The notes under the pieces: generated by a model | Told to the model about the DNA's origin: nothing | Databases searched by the model: none | What the model saw: only the letters and a program-made list of their open reading frames with translations | In this document: positions 30,545 through 40,638 of the stretch, piece by piece | Layout of the letters: each line of letters starts with the position of its first letter | How positions within the stretch are numbered: position 1 is the first letter of the stretch | Source: Candidatus Poribacteria bacterium | GTDB taxonomy: Bacteria; Poribacteria; WGA-4E; WGA-3G | Assembly: GCA_965205015.1 (NCBI GenBank) | Contig: OZ242029.1 | Coordinates: 2,336,001-2,400,000 of the forward strand | Length of the DNA stretch: 64,000 nucleotides | Direction of reading: 5' to 3' | Program-made: the position numbers and the translations under genes

Positions 30545-30648
30545 ATTTCCATGGCTACGTTTTACCTTGCGCAAAGTTTATCTTCAAGGTATAATGTTCG
30601 GAGAGTGGTTATCCTTTTTAATTCCTAAAAATGAAAAATCAGCATGGC

Positions 30649-30870
30649 ATGAATGATAAGCTCAAAGAAGAAATTGGCTGGTTAAAGGTTATATTTGCTA
30701 TTTTGCTTGCAACCGATATTTCTTTAATCGCTTGGCTCGTCCAGAATTATGGAAGAGTTAACTCAGTTCTTTTTCTCATCGGAGCTCTTGCGGCAATTCT
30801 ACTTACATTTCTAAATGTCTTGATTAATAGAATAGCATATCGAAAGATTGATGAATTGGAGGAAGATTGA
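30649..30870 (+). CDS. Small hypothetical 2-TM membrane protein
   Basis: MNDKLKEEIGWLKVIFAILL... with two hydrophobic helices. Start uncertain (30631 or 30649). Confidence 0.6.
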   Translation: MNDKLKEEIGWLKVIFAILLATDISLIAWLVQNYGRVNSVLFLIGALAAILLTFLNVLINRIAYRKIDELEED

Positions 30871-30971
30871 TGAATTGGATGGAATGGGTTATTGCGGGTG
30901 TATTTATTGCTTTTCTTGCTGGTTTGGGTACAATCGTAGGCACTGCTATTAGACACGCGAACAAAAGTTAA
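30870..30971 (+). CDS. 33-aa single-TM peptide (not in ORF track)
   Basis: MNWMEWVIAGVFIAFLAGLGTIVGTAIRHANKS. TGATG overlap with the previous gene and GGAGG RBS. Confidence 0.5.
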   Translation: MNWMEWVIAGVFIAFLAGLGTIVGTAIRHANKS

Positions 30972-30992
30972 ATTTACTTATCTGTCGAAAAA

Positions 30993-31021
30993 TTGACAAA
31001 CGCGATTTCTTAAGGTATACT
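30993..31021 (+). promoter_or_regulatory. sigma70 promoter for the tRNA pair
   Basis: TTGACA-17 nt-TATACT. Confidence 0.75.
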
Positions 31022-31051
31022 TAAACATAACACGCCGCAAATGCGTGTTAA

Positions 31052-31122
31052 TGCCCGGTCGTCTAATGGTAGGACACGTGGCTCTGGACCACGTAGTGAA
31101 GGTTCGAGTCCTTCCCGGGCAG
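31052..31122 (+). tRNA. tRNA-Gln (CTG)
   Basis: Acceptor stem tgcccgg/ccgggca, anticodon arm cgtgg-ctCTGga-ccacg, T-loop gttcgag. No encoded CCA. Confidence 0.95.
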
Positions 31123-31143
31123 TTCTTCCTATTATATCAATGT

Positions 31144-31215
31144 GCCGCTATCGTCTAGGGGTTAGGACGGGTGGTTCTCAGCCACCAAACCGGGGTTCGA
31201 ATCCCCGTAGCGGTA
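31144..31215 (+). tRNA. tRNA-Glu (CTC)
   Basis: Acceptor stem gccgcta/tagcggt, anticodon arm ggtgg-ttCTCag-ccacc, T-loop gttcgaat. Confidence 0.95.
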
Positions 31216-31230
31216 TTTCTTTACCTATAA

Positions 31231-31264
31231 GAGCGGTGCCATACTTCGGGACCGCTCATTTTTT
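31231..31264 (+). terminator. Intrinsic terminator after the tRNAs
   Basis: gagcggt...accgctc followed by a T run. Confidence 0.6.
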
Positions 31265-31289
31265 CATGTCTTTAAAAAGGTAACGTCAG

Positions 31290-31613
31290 ATGAAACAGGC
31301 ACAAACGTTAGCAGAAGCCCAAAATCAATTGTTCGCGTCTATCCGTTCCTTTGCGGAACATACAGTTTATCGTGCTTGTTCCGGTTATTGTAATTCTGAG
31401 GAAGACACGTTTGCAGAAGTACAGCAGAATCTCTTGAATGCTCTGCGTAACTACGCAGAAACATTGGTTTATGATGCTTATTCGCGATATGACCCGTATG
31501 ACGGGGGCGAGTTTTTGACGCATGAAGCTTATGCGGAAATCTTAAAATCACTTGAGGATGATGAAGTAATTCCAATGGAAGATGTTGCCAAGGAGTTAGG
31601 GATCAAGTGGTGA
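31290..31613 (+). CDS. Putative antitoxin with an internal repeat
   Basis: Acidic, ends EVIPMEDVAKELGIKW (RelB-like tail), and overlaps relE. Confidence 0.7.
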   Translation: MKQAQTLAEAQNQLFASIRSFAEHTVYRACSGYCNSEEDTFAEVQQNLLNALRNYAETLVYDAYSRYDPYDGGEFLTHEAYAEILKSLEDDEVIPMEDVAKELGIKW

Positions 31614-31802
31614 AACTCGGGTGGAAGAAACAAGCGCGTGATGTCTTTACCAAGTTGGACACTACTATTCAGAGACGTATCACCAATAAACTCGAAGAAA
31701 TAGTAGGGAATGCCCCGCGTTATCCTCACCGACCTCTGAGAGGAGACCTTGCTGGTAATTTTAGATTCCGAGTTGGAATCTACCGGATCGTTTATCGGAT
31801 TT

Positions 31803-33263
31803 AACCGAGTCTAAAACCCCTGAATTCATTCAGGGGATACAGTCTCGCCCTCTTGGAAAGGACCAAAGCGTTCATTTTTTGCTTGACGTTTGGTCCGAAA
31901 GTGTGGTATAATGAGAGTATCAGGTTGGCAGACATTACAAGCGTTACCTCTCGGTAATGTGTCTGCCTCCCACTTGTAAGGGGATAAATTCCTGATACCT
32001 GATAGGTTTCTATGCGAAACACGACCCATAAACTTTTCAAGGATAGGACGTTGCGTCACTTGCACGACGATTGCAATATCTGTGGTGTTGTGAAAAATCA
32101 TTTTTTGGCACTCTGCATGCGATATTACCGCCGCTATGGTAAAGGACTTTCGTATCGGAAAATGTCCAAGCATCTGACGAAACTCAAGAAACTTGAGAAA
32201 TACAAGCATTGGAATATCCCGTACTCGTGGAGCCTCCAAAATGTGCTAAAACGGTTAGCACAATCCTTTAGAGAAATAAAAACACTCGGAAGAGGTCACC
32301 CAAAATTCAAGTCGTGTAAGAAACACAAAGGGATGACGTTTCGGGGTGAACAGGTCAAGCTTGAAAAAGTCCTGGATAAGCAGAAAAACGAAAGAAACCA
32401 TCCGACGTATAAAATCCGCCTGAACGGACGTTGGTATCGTTTCGCCCTGCATCGTGAAATCGAAGGCGAAATCATCCAAGTTCACGTAACGAGGGACGCA
32501 CTCGGTGATATGTATATTACGTTGACAGAAGACTTTACCGAAATCAAGATCGAACCCAAGACGGGTCAAGCTGAAGGGTTCGACTTTGGTATCAAGGACT
32601 TCCTGATTGACAGTGGTGGACACCGAGAGGCTTCTCCAATGTTCTACAACCTCAATGCCAAGAAGTTGGCAAAAGCACAAAAGGCGTATTCCCGCAAGGT
32701 CAAAGGGTCTCACAACCAAGAACGCGAACGCAAGACGGTTGCGCGTATCCACAAGAAAACGTCGAATCAGCGATCAGATCATCATTGGAAACTTGCGATA
32801 AAGTTGTGTCGCAAGTTCGATATAATGTTCTTTGAAGACCTGAACCTTGACGGCATGAAACGCTTGTGGGGGAAACAGGTCTCGGATCTTGCGTTTGGTG
32901 AGTTCCTGCGGAAACTCAAGCACCAGTCTCATAAGCGTATCCGTTCTGTGCTGAAAATCAATCGCTGGTCGCCAACGACAAAATGCTGTTGTGTTTGTGA
33001 ACATAAAAACGAAAATCTCACGTTAGCAGATCGTCACTGGACGTGTTCAAGTTGTCATACACACCTTGACCGCGACCAGAACGCTGCGCTGAACATTCTT
33101 AAGGAAGGGGTAGCTTCCTTTAGGTTAGGAGTCGTAAGACCGATCGTCCTATTCAATAGGATTGTCGGCACCTCCGTTGAATCTAACCACCCGATTCTGA
33201 ATTCTACAAATGCTTCTGCTTAATATTTGCAGAAGCCCCCGACTTCAGTCGGGGGTCTATCAC
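31803..33263 (+). mobile_element. Non-autonomous IS200/IS605-family (IS1341-like) element encoding TnpB only
   Basis: LE hairpin cccctgaa-ttca-ttcagggg (31817-36), RE hairpin cccccgac-ttca-gtcggggg (33236-55), RE ends TCAC, no TSD. Left boundary uncertain by a few nt. Confidence 0.85.
32012..33223 (+). CDS. tnpB: RNA-guided endonuclease TnpB
   Basis: RuvC residues GFDFG, FEDL and DRDQNAALNI; Zn finger CCVC...CSSC; GHPKFK. Confidence 0.93.
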   Translation: MRNTTHKLFKDRTLRHLHDDCNICGVVKNHFLALCMRYYRRYGKGLSYRKMSKHLTKLKKLEKYKHWNIPYSWSLQNVLKRLAQSFREIKTLGRGHPKFKSCKKHKGMTFRGEQVKLEKVLDKQKNERNHPTYKIRLNGRWYRFALHREIEGEIIQVHVTRDALGDMYITLTEDFTEIKIEPKTGQAEGFDFGIKDFLIDSGGHREASPMFYNLNAKKLAKAQKAYSRKVKGSHNQERERKTVARIHKKTSNQRSDHHWKLAIKLCRKFDIMFFEDLNLDGMKRLWGKQVSDLAFGEFLRKLKHQSHKRIRSVLKINRWSPTTKCCCVCEHKNENLTLADRHWTCSSCHTHLDRDQNAALNILKEGVASFRLGVVRPIVLFNRIVGTSVESNHPILNSTNASA

Positions 33264-33280
33264 ACCTACAATAATGACCT
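33100..33280 (+). ncRNA. Predicted TnpB omegaRNA/reRNA (scaffold plus about 16-nt flanking guide)
   Basis: Position overlapping the tnpB 3' end and RE. Hairpins ccgat..tcctatt-c-aatagga..gtcgg and cttctgc...gcagaag. Boundaries inferred. Confidence 0.55.
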
Positions 33281-33375
33281 TGTGATCGTCCAAAGTGTTC
33301 AGCGGCGTGACAAAGGTTACGAATAGGAAGGTAAGTTAACGCAAATTAAACGCGCATTAATGAGAGGAACTTTCG

Positions 33376-33618
33376 ATGCCTAACATCAAAGAACAGCAGG
33401 ATTTCATAACTGCCATGCAAAACTATGCAGAACAGTTGGTCGTTGACGCGTATGCACGCACTACCGAAAATCCCGATGAGCACTTAAGCGAGGAAGTACT
33501 CGCCGAACTTGTTGATGCCGTTGAAAGCAGGCTAATTGTTGAGGCAACGAAAGCGGTTAAATCAGTTGCAAATTCGCTAACATCTACTGATAAGGAATCG
33601 GTACAATCTATTAGATGA
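33376..33618 (+). CDS. Small protein paralogous to the repeat of the upstream antitoxin
   Basis: QQDFITAMQNYAEQLVVDAY resembles QQNLLNALRNYAETLVYDAY in 31290..31613. GAGG RBS. Confidence 0.6.
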   Translation: MPNIKEQQDFITAMQNYAEQLVVDAYARTTENPDEHLSEEVLAELVDAVESRLIVEATKAVKSVANSLTSTDKESVQSIR

Positions 33619-33657
33619 TCTGAATGCCATACCCTCATGACGCTGGAGAAAATACAA

Positions 33658-35721
33658 ATGCACGGTACACCCGAACACACCAACCGCCTTATCCATGAAA
33701 CAAGCCCTTATCTGCTCCAGCATGCGCATAATCCCGTTGACTGGTATCCGTGGGGCGAAGAAGCGTTAGCGCGCGCCAAAGATGAGCAGAAGCCTATCCT
33801 CCTGAGTATCGGCTACTCCGCGTGCCACTGGTGCCACGTCATGGAACGCGAATCCTTTGAGAATGCGGAGATCGCCGCGGTCATGAACGAGCTTTTCATC
33901 AACATCAAGGTCGATAGAGAAGAACGTCCCGATTTAGATGAAATCTACATGAACGCCGTCCAGATCATGACGCGTCAAGGCGGCTGGCCCATGACCGTCT
34001 TCCTCACGCCTGACCTGAAACCGTTCTACGGCGGGACCTATTACCCACCGACCGACAGATACGGGAGACCCGGGTTTCCAAAGGTGATGCACGCCGTTGC
34101 TGAGGCGTTCAGCGGTCAGAATGTGCAGGTCCTACAGCAAGCCGACCAAATTACCGCCCACCTTACCCAGATGAGTAACGTCGTTGACCCGCCCCACCGT
34201 GAACTCACGGAAGAATTGATGACCCAGGCGTTTCAACAGTACAGCTCGCAATTCGATTCGCAACACGGCGGATTCGGCAATGCCCCCAAATTCCCACCCA
34301 GCATGGGGTTGCCCTTCCTGTTACGCTATTGGCACCACAGCGGCAACGCCAACGCCTTAGAGATGGTCGAACTCACGTTGGAGAAGATGGCACGCGGCGG
34401 TATGTATGACCAACTCGGTGGCGGTTTCCACCGATATTCCACCGATGCGCACTGGCTTGTCCCGCACTTCGAGAAAATGTTGTATGACAACGCCCAACTC
34501 GTCGTCGCCTATTTTGAGGCGTATCAAGCCACTCAGAAACCGTTTTATCGTGATATAGCCACGGAAACCCTCGATTACGTCCTCCGTGAGATGTACGATG
34601 CAGAAAACGGCGGTTTCTATTCCACCCAAGATGCCGATAGTGAGGGTGTGGAGGGTAAGTTCTTCGTCTGGGAGCCGAACGATGTGGAAGACGTCGTCGG
34701 CGAAGAAAACGCCGAAGTCTTCTGTGAGTATTACGACATTACACCACAAGGCAACTTTGAAGGAGAAAACATCCTCAATGTTCAAGCACCGCCCGATATC
34801 TTTGCTCGGAAGCTGCGTATGGATGTCGGGGAACTGGAAGCTCTCCTTGCAGATGGAAAACGAAAATTGTTTGATGAACGAGAGAAACGGATTAAACCCG
34901 GATTAGACGACAAAATCCTCACCAGTTGGAACGGCATCATGATCCGCGGTATGGCGATGGGATACCAACTGACCGGGAAACCGGAATATCTTGAGGCGTG
35001 TGAAAAATCCGCCGAATTCGTTTTGACGACCCTATCACAAGAGAACGGACTCCTTTTACGTACCTACCGTGCCGGTAAAAGCCACCTCAACGCCTATCTT
35101 GAGGACTACGCTTACTTCATCGCCGGGTTAATCGCGCTCTACGAAGCCAGTTTTGAACCGCGGTGGCTTACTGAAGCCGAACGCCTCGCACATATCATGA
35201 TCGATCAGTTCGGTGATGACGCCGGCGACGGATTCTTCTTCACCGGCAAAGCGCACGAAACGCTTATCGTCCAATCCAAGTCCGCTTACGACGGTGCCAC
35301 ACCTTCCGGGGCATCTATGGCGATTCACAGTCTCTTACGACTTGCGAAACACCTCGACACCCCCGAATTCCACGACAAAGCCGTTGAGACGTTGTTGCTC
35401 TACTTCCATCAGATGGAGGGAATGCCATCAGGGTCAGGACAGCTCCTCTGTGAGTTAGCGTTCCTGCTATCAACACCAAAAGAGGTTGCGATTGTTGGTG
35501 AAAAAGGGGATGCGGAAACGGATGCGATGTTAGCAGCGTTACACAACACGTATCTGCCCAACAAAATCGTTGCCTTGAGCGAATCCGCTGACGGACAGAC
35601 GTTACCGCTTCTCGCCGGCAAGACCCAAGTTGACAGCACCGCGACCGCCTACGTCTGTGAGAATTACGTCTGCCAAGCCCCCACAACGGATGTCGAGGTA
35701 TTTACGGAACTGCTTCAATAA
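33658..35721 (+). CDS. Thioredoxin-domain/six-hairpin protein (YyaL/SSP411, DUF255)
   Basis: [37 protein letters not shown] and [11 protein letters not shown]. Confidence 0.93.
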   Translation: MHGTPEHTNRLIHETSPYLLQHAHNPVDWYPWGEEALARAKDEQKPILLSIGYSACHWCHVMERESFENAEIAAVMNELFINIKVDREERPDLDEIYMNAVQIMTRQGGWPMTVFLTPDLKPFYGGTYYPPTDRYGRPGFPKVMHAVAEAFSGQNVQVLQQADQITAHLTQMSNVVDPPHRELTEELMTQAFQQYSSQFDSQHGGFGNAPKFPPSMGLPFLLRYWHHSGNANALEMVELTLEKMARGGMYDQLGGGFHRYSTDAHWLVPHFEKMLYDNAQLVVAYFEAYQATQKPFYRDIATETLDYVLREMYDAENGGFYSTQDADSEGVEGKFFVWEPNDVEDVVGEENAEVFCEYYDITPQGNFEGENILNVQAPPDIFARKLRMDVGELEALLADGKRKLFDEREKRIKPGLDDKILTSWNGIMIRGMAMGYQLTGKPEYLEACEKSAEFVLTTLSQENGLLLRTYRAGKSHLNAYLEDYAYFIAGLIALYEASFEPRWLTEAERLAHIMIDQFGDDAGDGFFFTGKAHETLIVQSKSAYDGATPSGASMAIHSLLRLAKHLDTPEFHDKAVETLLLYFHQMEGMPSGSGQLLCELAFLLSTPKEVAIVGEKGDAETDAMLAALHNTYLPNKIVALSESADGQTLPLLAGKTQVDSTATAYVCENYVCQAPTTDVEVFTELLQ

Positions 35722-35737
35722 CTTCTCTTTTCTTCTG

Positions 35738-35932
35738 CTGGCGAGGTTTCCCAACCTCGCCTAATCTCCAACCAGAAGGTAGGTGCGGTTTTGCGGCGTA
35801 CACGCCCAAATGCGATCTGCATTCCCAACCGCATCGGACAATCCTCAAAAACCCTTTTATGGTAAAGTCGAAAATTAAGTAGAGGCTTTTCCTTTAACGA
35901 AGGCAGCTCGTAGGGGCGAGGTTCCCTCGCCC
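35738..35932. repeat. Cluster of REP-like palindromes (GTAG family)
   Basis: ggcgaggtt..aacctcgcc, gtaggtgcggtt...aaccgcatc and gtaggggcgagg-ttc-cctcgccc. Relatives at 15459-15484, 53184-53204 and 58529-58559. Confidence 0.6.
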
Positions 35933-35960
35933 GTCGGGGCTTTACCATAATCAATTTAGG

Positions 35961-35989
35961 TTGCGATTTTAATACACCTTCGGTATAAT
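35961..35989 (+). promoter_or_regulatory. sigma70 promoter for res
   Basis: TTGCGA-17 nt-TATAAT. Confidence 0.6.
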
Positions 35990-36044
35990 AAAGCCACGAA
36001 AAATAGACCTCTGTTGACACAGATTAAAGACAGAATCAACAAGT

Positions 36045-38726
36045 ATGGCTTTACATCCCGACTTTCCCGAATCTCCACACGCCGTCATTGATCCTTCGGT
36101 GCGGTGGCTCCCAGATCAGTCTCTGCTGTTTGATCTGGAATATGCAATGCTGCTCCCGCCACTTGTCCACAAAATCCGTGAGCAAGTCAAAACGTGGCGA
36201 GACAACAAGTACAGTGGTGCTGCCGAAACAAGCAAAGCACTCCTCAATTGGTGGTTCAATATCCCTCATCTGCAAGAAGGAGATGAGGGAACAAGGCAAG
36301 AGTTTCAGTATTACTTCGCCCAACGCGAGGCAATCGAAACTATCATCTATCTATACGATGTCGTCAAGGTCCGAGACGAATTCGATCTGATGCGCTTTGA
36401 CAGTTCAGGTGCTGTTTCAGCGAATATGTTTGACGAAAATTGGCGGCGGTTTGTGATAAAGATGGCAACAGGCACTGGGAAAACAAAGGTGATGAGCCTC
36501 GCAATCGCATGGAGTTTCTTTCATAAGTTGTATGAACAGGACTCTGAACTCTCGCGCAACTTCCTCGTCATTGCTCCCAATATCATTGTGCTTGATCGTC
36601 TCTATCACGATTTTCAGGGATTACGCATCTTCTTTGAAGACCCAGTGCTACCCGATAACGGCTTTGAAGGAAACAATTGGCGCGACGATTTTCAACTCAC
36701 CCTGCATGTCCAAGATGAGGTGCGCACTACCCGGCCTACCGGTAATATCTTTCTCACCAATATCCATCGTGTCTATTCCAGTAACCAGTCCCCACCAGCA
36801 CCCGATGATGAAGACAGTATGGACTACTTCTTGGGCAAAAAACCGACGGGTGAAACCACGGATTCCCAAGTGGACCTCGGAGACATTGTCCGCGATATTG
36901 ACGAACTGATGATCCTCAATGATGAAGCACACCATGTCCATGACCGACGGATGGCATGGTTCAAGTCCATTGAAGATATTCACAATCGCTTGTTGCAAAA
37001 AGGCGGCGAGTTAGCGTTGCAAGTAGACGTAACCGCCACGCCTAAGCATAGCGACGGTGCAATTTTTGTCCAGACAGTCGCCGACTATCCGCTTGTAGAG
37101 GCGATTTCACAAAATATCGTCAAACACCCCGTCCTCCCGGATGCTGAAAGCAGAGCGAAACTTGTTGAGCGACAGAGCATAAAGTATACCGAGAAATATG
37201 CCGACTATCTTGATCTCGGAGTCATTGAATGGCGCAAAGCGTATGCCGAACACGAAAAACTGGAAAAGAAAGCCGTTCTGTTCGTGATGACCGACAATAC
37301 TCAGAGCTGCGATGAGGTGGCGGAATATCTCGAAAACCATTACCCCGACCTCAAAGATGCCGTGCTTGTGATTCACACGAACAAAAGTGGTGAAATCTCC
37401 GAAGCCAGATCCAGTAAGAAACAAGCAGAACTTGAGAAACTCCGTAAACAAGCGAATACAATTGACTCGCTGGAGAGTCCATATAAAGCGATCGTTTCCG
37501 TGCTGATGCTCAAAGAGGGATGGGATGTCAAGAACGTTACCACGATTGTTGGACTCCGTGCTTATTCGGCTAAACCCAACATCTTGCCAGAGCAGACCTT
37601 GGGACGCGGATTACGCCTGATGTACTCGGGTGCTATCGAAGAGACCGTGAGCGTTATTGGCACCAATGCCTTCATGGAATTTGTTGAATCCGTTAAATCG
37701 GAAGGTGTGGAATTGGAACGGCAACCCATGGGTGGTGGTACAAAACCGAAGGCACCCCTCGTCATCGAGGTAGACCATACGAACGTCAACAAAGATATTG
37801 ACGCGCTTGATATTGAAATCCCAATACTGACGTGTCGTATCTACCGCGAGTACAAGAATCTGGGGGATTTAGACGTTACACATCTCGATTTTACGCCCAT
37901 TTCGTATCAGGCATTTGGCGAGGATGAACTACGGGAGATCGTGTTTAAGGACATGACAACAGGCGCGGTTACACATACCACAGTGATGGATAGTAACGGG
38001 ATCGCCGACTACCGCAGCGTAATCGGTTATTTTGCAGAGACTGTCCGCAAAGACCTCCGCCTCGTTAGTGGCTACGATGTCCTGTATGGAAAGGTTAAGA
38101 ATTTTGTGCAAAACCAACTCTTCGGCGAGACGATAGTGTTGGAGGATCCCAATACCTTACGAAATCTGTCGGAGCTCCCCGCCACGAAAACTGTTATGGA
38201 AACCTTCAAATACGCCATCAACGACCTCACAATACAAGATAGAGGAGAAGCGGAACTGAGCGAAACGACGCGTGCCCAGGACGCACGTCCGTTTATGGTG
38301 AAAGAACAGGATTACTTGGTCCCCCAAAAGTCTGTGTTCAATAGAATCACTGGTGATAGTCATTTTGAATTGGAGTTTGCCGCATTTTTGGAAAACTGCC
38401 CAGATGTCGTCTCCTACGTCAAAAACGAGTTTAGCCTGGATTTCAAACTCGACTATATCAATGCCGATGGCAATGTTGCCAACTACTACCCAGATTTCCT
38501 CGTCAAGTTGACAGATGGACGTGTAATCGTTGTTGAGACGAAAGGCAGGGAAGATTTGGATGTCCCGCGCAAAATGCAACGCTTATCGCAATGGTGTGAG
38601 GATGTCAACAAGGTTTCGCCAAAAGCTATCTATGACTTTGTCTATGTCGATCAAGAGAATTTCAAGGCGTATAGACAGGAAACATTCCAGCAACTTCTTG
38701 ATGGCTTCACGGAATACAAAACCTGA
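36045..38726 (+). CDS. res: Type III restriction endonuclease subunit Res
   Basis: KMATGTGKT, NDEAHH, TATP, LKEGWDV, QTLGRGLR and C-terminal YYPDF...VETKG nuclease. Confidence 0.9.
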   Translation: MALHPDFPESPHAVIDPSVRWLPDQSLLFDLEYAMLLPPLVHKIREQVKTWRDNKYSGAAETSKALLNWWFNIPHLQEGDEGTRQEFQYYFAQREAIETIIYLYDVVKVRDEFDLMRFDSSGAVSANMFDENWRRFVIKMATGTGKTKVMSLAIAWSFFHKLYEQDSELSRNFLVIAPNIIVLDRLYHDFQGLRIFFEDPVLPDNGFEGNNWRDDFQLTLHVQDEVRTTRPTGNIFLTNIHRVYSSNQSPPAPDDEDSMDYFLGKKPTGETTDSQVDLGDIVRDIDELMILNDEAHHVHDRRMAWFKSIEDIHNRLLQKGGELALQVDVTATPKHSDGAIFVQTVADYPLVEAISQNIVKHPVLPDAESRAKLVERQSIKYTEKYADYLDLGVIEWRKAYAEHEKLEKKAVLFVMTDNTQSCDEVAEYLENHYPDLKDAVLVIHTNKSGEISEARSSKKQAELEKLRKQANTIDSLESPYKAIVSVLMLKEGWDVKNVTTIVGLRAYSAKPNILPEQTLGRGLRLMYSGAIEETVSVIGTNAFMEFVESVKSEGVELERQPMGGGTKPKAPLVIEVDHTNVNKDIDALDIEIPILTCRIYREYKNLGDLDVTHLDFTPISYQAFGEDELREIVFKDMTTGAVTHTTVMDSNGIADYRSVIGYFAETVRKDLRLVSGYDVLYGKVKNFVQNQLFGETIVLEDPNTLRNLSELPATKTVMETFKYAINDLTIQDRGEAELSETTRAQDARPFMVKEQDYLVPQKSVFNRITGDSHFELEFAAFLENCPDVVSYVKNEFSLDFKLDYINADGNVANYYPDFLVKLTDGRVIVVETKGREDLDVPRKMQRLSQWCEDVNKVSPKAIYDFVYVDQENFKAYRQETFQQLLDGFTEYKT

Positions 38727-38790
38727 AATATACTTGTGGTGAGGTAGAAGCAATCTCTGAATCGCAACTGAAAACAAACGCGAAAACTAC

Positions 38791-38820
38791 TTGACATACC
38801 ATACCAATCTATGTTAGAAT
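38791..38820 (+). promoter_or_regulatory. Promoter of the ParA-HEPN cargo
   Basis: TTGACA-18 nt-TAGAAT with extended TG. Confidence 0.6.
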
Positions 38821-38869
38821 ATAAGACATCTTTTCACAAGTTTTCTCATTTTCGAGAGGGGGTGGCACT

Positions 38870-39964
38870 ATGACAGCTTACGCATTTTGGAACAATAAAG
38901 GCGGAATTGGCAAGAGTTTCTTAAGCTTTGTTGCAGCAACCGAGTATGCTCGCACTCATCCGAGCACTGATGTCTATGTTATAGACCTCTGCCCACAAGC
39001 GAATATTTCTGAGATGTTGCTATTAGATTCCCAGCTCTTAATTGATACCGGTGCCCAAAAGTCACTATATAGTTATGATGTAGTGCGCGAAAATTTTGAT
39101 CCGATACACAAACTGGTCGGACGAACGCCGCGTGCTACGGTCGCAGGTTATCTTGAAGCACGCCTGAATTCCCCCTTCAAGCAGATCCAAGATGTGTCCC
39201 CTTATGTGTGCCGTCCTCGGAATTCCAATGCAAAAGTTCCAACGAATTTACTGTTAGTTTGTGGTGACTATCTACTGGAGATCCTTTCGGAAGCGATCCG
39301 TCAGACCTCACAACTCGCCATTCCAGTGGATGCTTGGAAACAGGTACTCAGTTGGATCAAAGATTTAACAGCTGCGTTACGTAAGCGGAGCGGAAGCAGA
39401 GATGCCCTTTTTATTATTGACTGTAATCCGAGTTTCGCTATCTATACTCAGTTGGCACTTGCTGCAGCTGATAACCTTGTTGTGCCTTTTACGCCTGATG
39501 ATAGTTCGCGTCGGGCTGTAGAGAACGTTGTCGCGCTACTTTATGGCCACGGCGTTAGTGACCGCAAAATAGAAACCTATGCGAGGATCAACTTTGCTAA
39601 TAGAGCGAAGGACGAAGGCTTAGATGTTCCGAAACTCCATACGTTTGTCAGTAATCGCGTAACCCTCTATGGCCGCAAAGCAAGCAAGGCTTTTGAGGCA
39701 GTGAATCAAGCCATCAAAGTCACGTTGGATGAGCTTCACAAAGATCATCGTCAAATCTACGCAAACCCAAGAGAGTTACCGAGTGAGAGACTCATGGAGA
39801 TACCTGATTATCACAGTGCATGTGTGGTTATGACCGTTAAAGGAATACCCTTAGATAGACTTCGCCCCGGACCAAATAAAGTTCATGATAAACCTGTCCA
39901 ACTCAATCCCGAACCCTTAGAGAAGTATCGAAAAGCACTCACTGAATTTGTAAATTGTCTTTAA
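38870..39964 (+). CDS. ParA/Soj-family ATPase
   Basis: Deviant Walker A NNKGGIGKS, IDLCPQAN and IIDCNPS. Confidence 0.85.
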   Translation: MTAYAFWNNKGGIGKSFLSFVAATEYARTHPSTDVYVIDLCPQANISEMLLLDSQLLIDTGAQKSLYSYDVVRENFDPIHKLVGRTPRATVAGYLEARLNSPFKQIQDVSPYVCRPRNSNAKVPTNLLLVCGDYLLEILSEAIRQTSQLAIPVDAWKQVLSWIKDLTAALRKRSGSRDALFIIDCNPSFAIYTQLALAAADNLVVPFTPDDSSRRAVENVVALLYGHGVSDRKIETYARINFANRAKDEGLDVPKLHTFVSNRVTLYGRKASKAFEAVNQAIKVTLDELHKDHRQIYANPRELPSERLMEIPDYHSACVVMTVKGIPLDRLRPGPNKVHDKPVQLNPEPLEKYRKALTEFVNCL

Positions 39965-39973
39965 AGGTTTCTT

Positions 39974-40561
39974 GTGTCATCACCAGCAGCATTGAAGTAC
40001 ACGGTATCGGCGAATCGTATAGAAACGCTGCGTAGAGCAGCAACAGATAGGCGATTACGACCCATGTCGTATGACGAAATACAGGTTTACTATCACGCGG
40101 CACTTGCAGCTTACGTCGCAGCGTGGAACGCGTACATAAAAAATGTCGTGAACGACTTCTACGATGTAATACCGAATTCATCGCCTGTTTACGCAATCGC
40201 CCGACAAGCATCGCAAAGATCAATGGAGAGATTCAATACGCCAAATTGGGAAAATACACAGAGATTTCTTGAGCAGTGCACAGGATATGATCCTATTAAT
40301 GACTGGATCTGGAGTAGACGTGAAATGAGCGGTTTACAGGTTCGTGTGAGATTGAATGAAATATTACGGGTTCGCCATAGTTTCGCGCATGGATTTAATA
40401 TACCCGCTTACAATTGGACAGAATTGCCAAATGGCAGAGTCCGCCTAACGAGCAAAGCCATTCAAGATATTGAGGCTTTCTTCAAAAATCTTGTCAATGT
40501 TACGGACGCGGGCATGAAAGCACATATTGAGTCAACTTACGGGCTTACCAGCATCTGGTAA
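39974..40561 (+). CDS. HEPN-domain putative RNase
   Basis: All-helical pattern with Rx4H motif RHSFAH preceded by LNEILRV. Confidence 0.7.
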   Translation: MSSPAALKYTVSANRIETLRRAATDRRLRPMSYDEIQVYYHAALAAYVAAWNAYIKNVVNDFYDVIPNSSPVYAIARQASQRSMERFNTPNWENTQRFLEQCTGYDPINDWIWSRREMSGLQVRVRLNEILRVRHSFAHGFNIPAYNWTELPNGRVRLTSKAIQDIEAFFKNLVNVTDAGMKAHIESTYGLTSIW

Positions 40562-40638
40562 TCAATGCCAAATTAACAAGATTCATACTTTTTTTTGAAG
40601 GAACTCTATAGCGAGAATCACACTGATTTCGATCCTTC

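Larger units (their letters stand above)
31607..33326 (+). pseudogene. RelE/ParE toxin interrupted by an IS605-family element
   Basis: 5' part ...PLRGDLAGNFRFRVGIYRIVYRI ends at about 31801. The 3' part TYNNDLVIVQSVQRRDKGYE* resumes at 33264. Confidence 0.8.

Noticed and set aside
31801-32239. Minus-strand ORFs as a possible tnpA
   Set aside because: No HUH/Tyr or serine-recombinase motifs; the 79-aa ORF merely reads through the LE hairpin.
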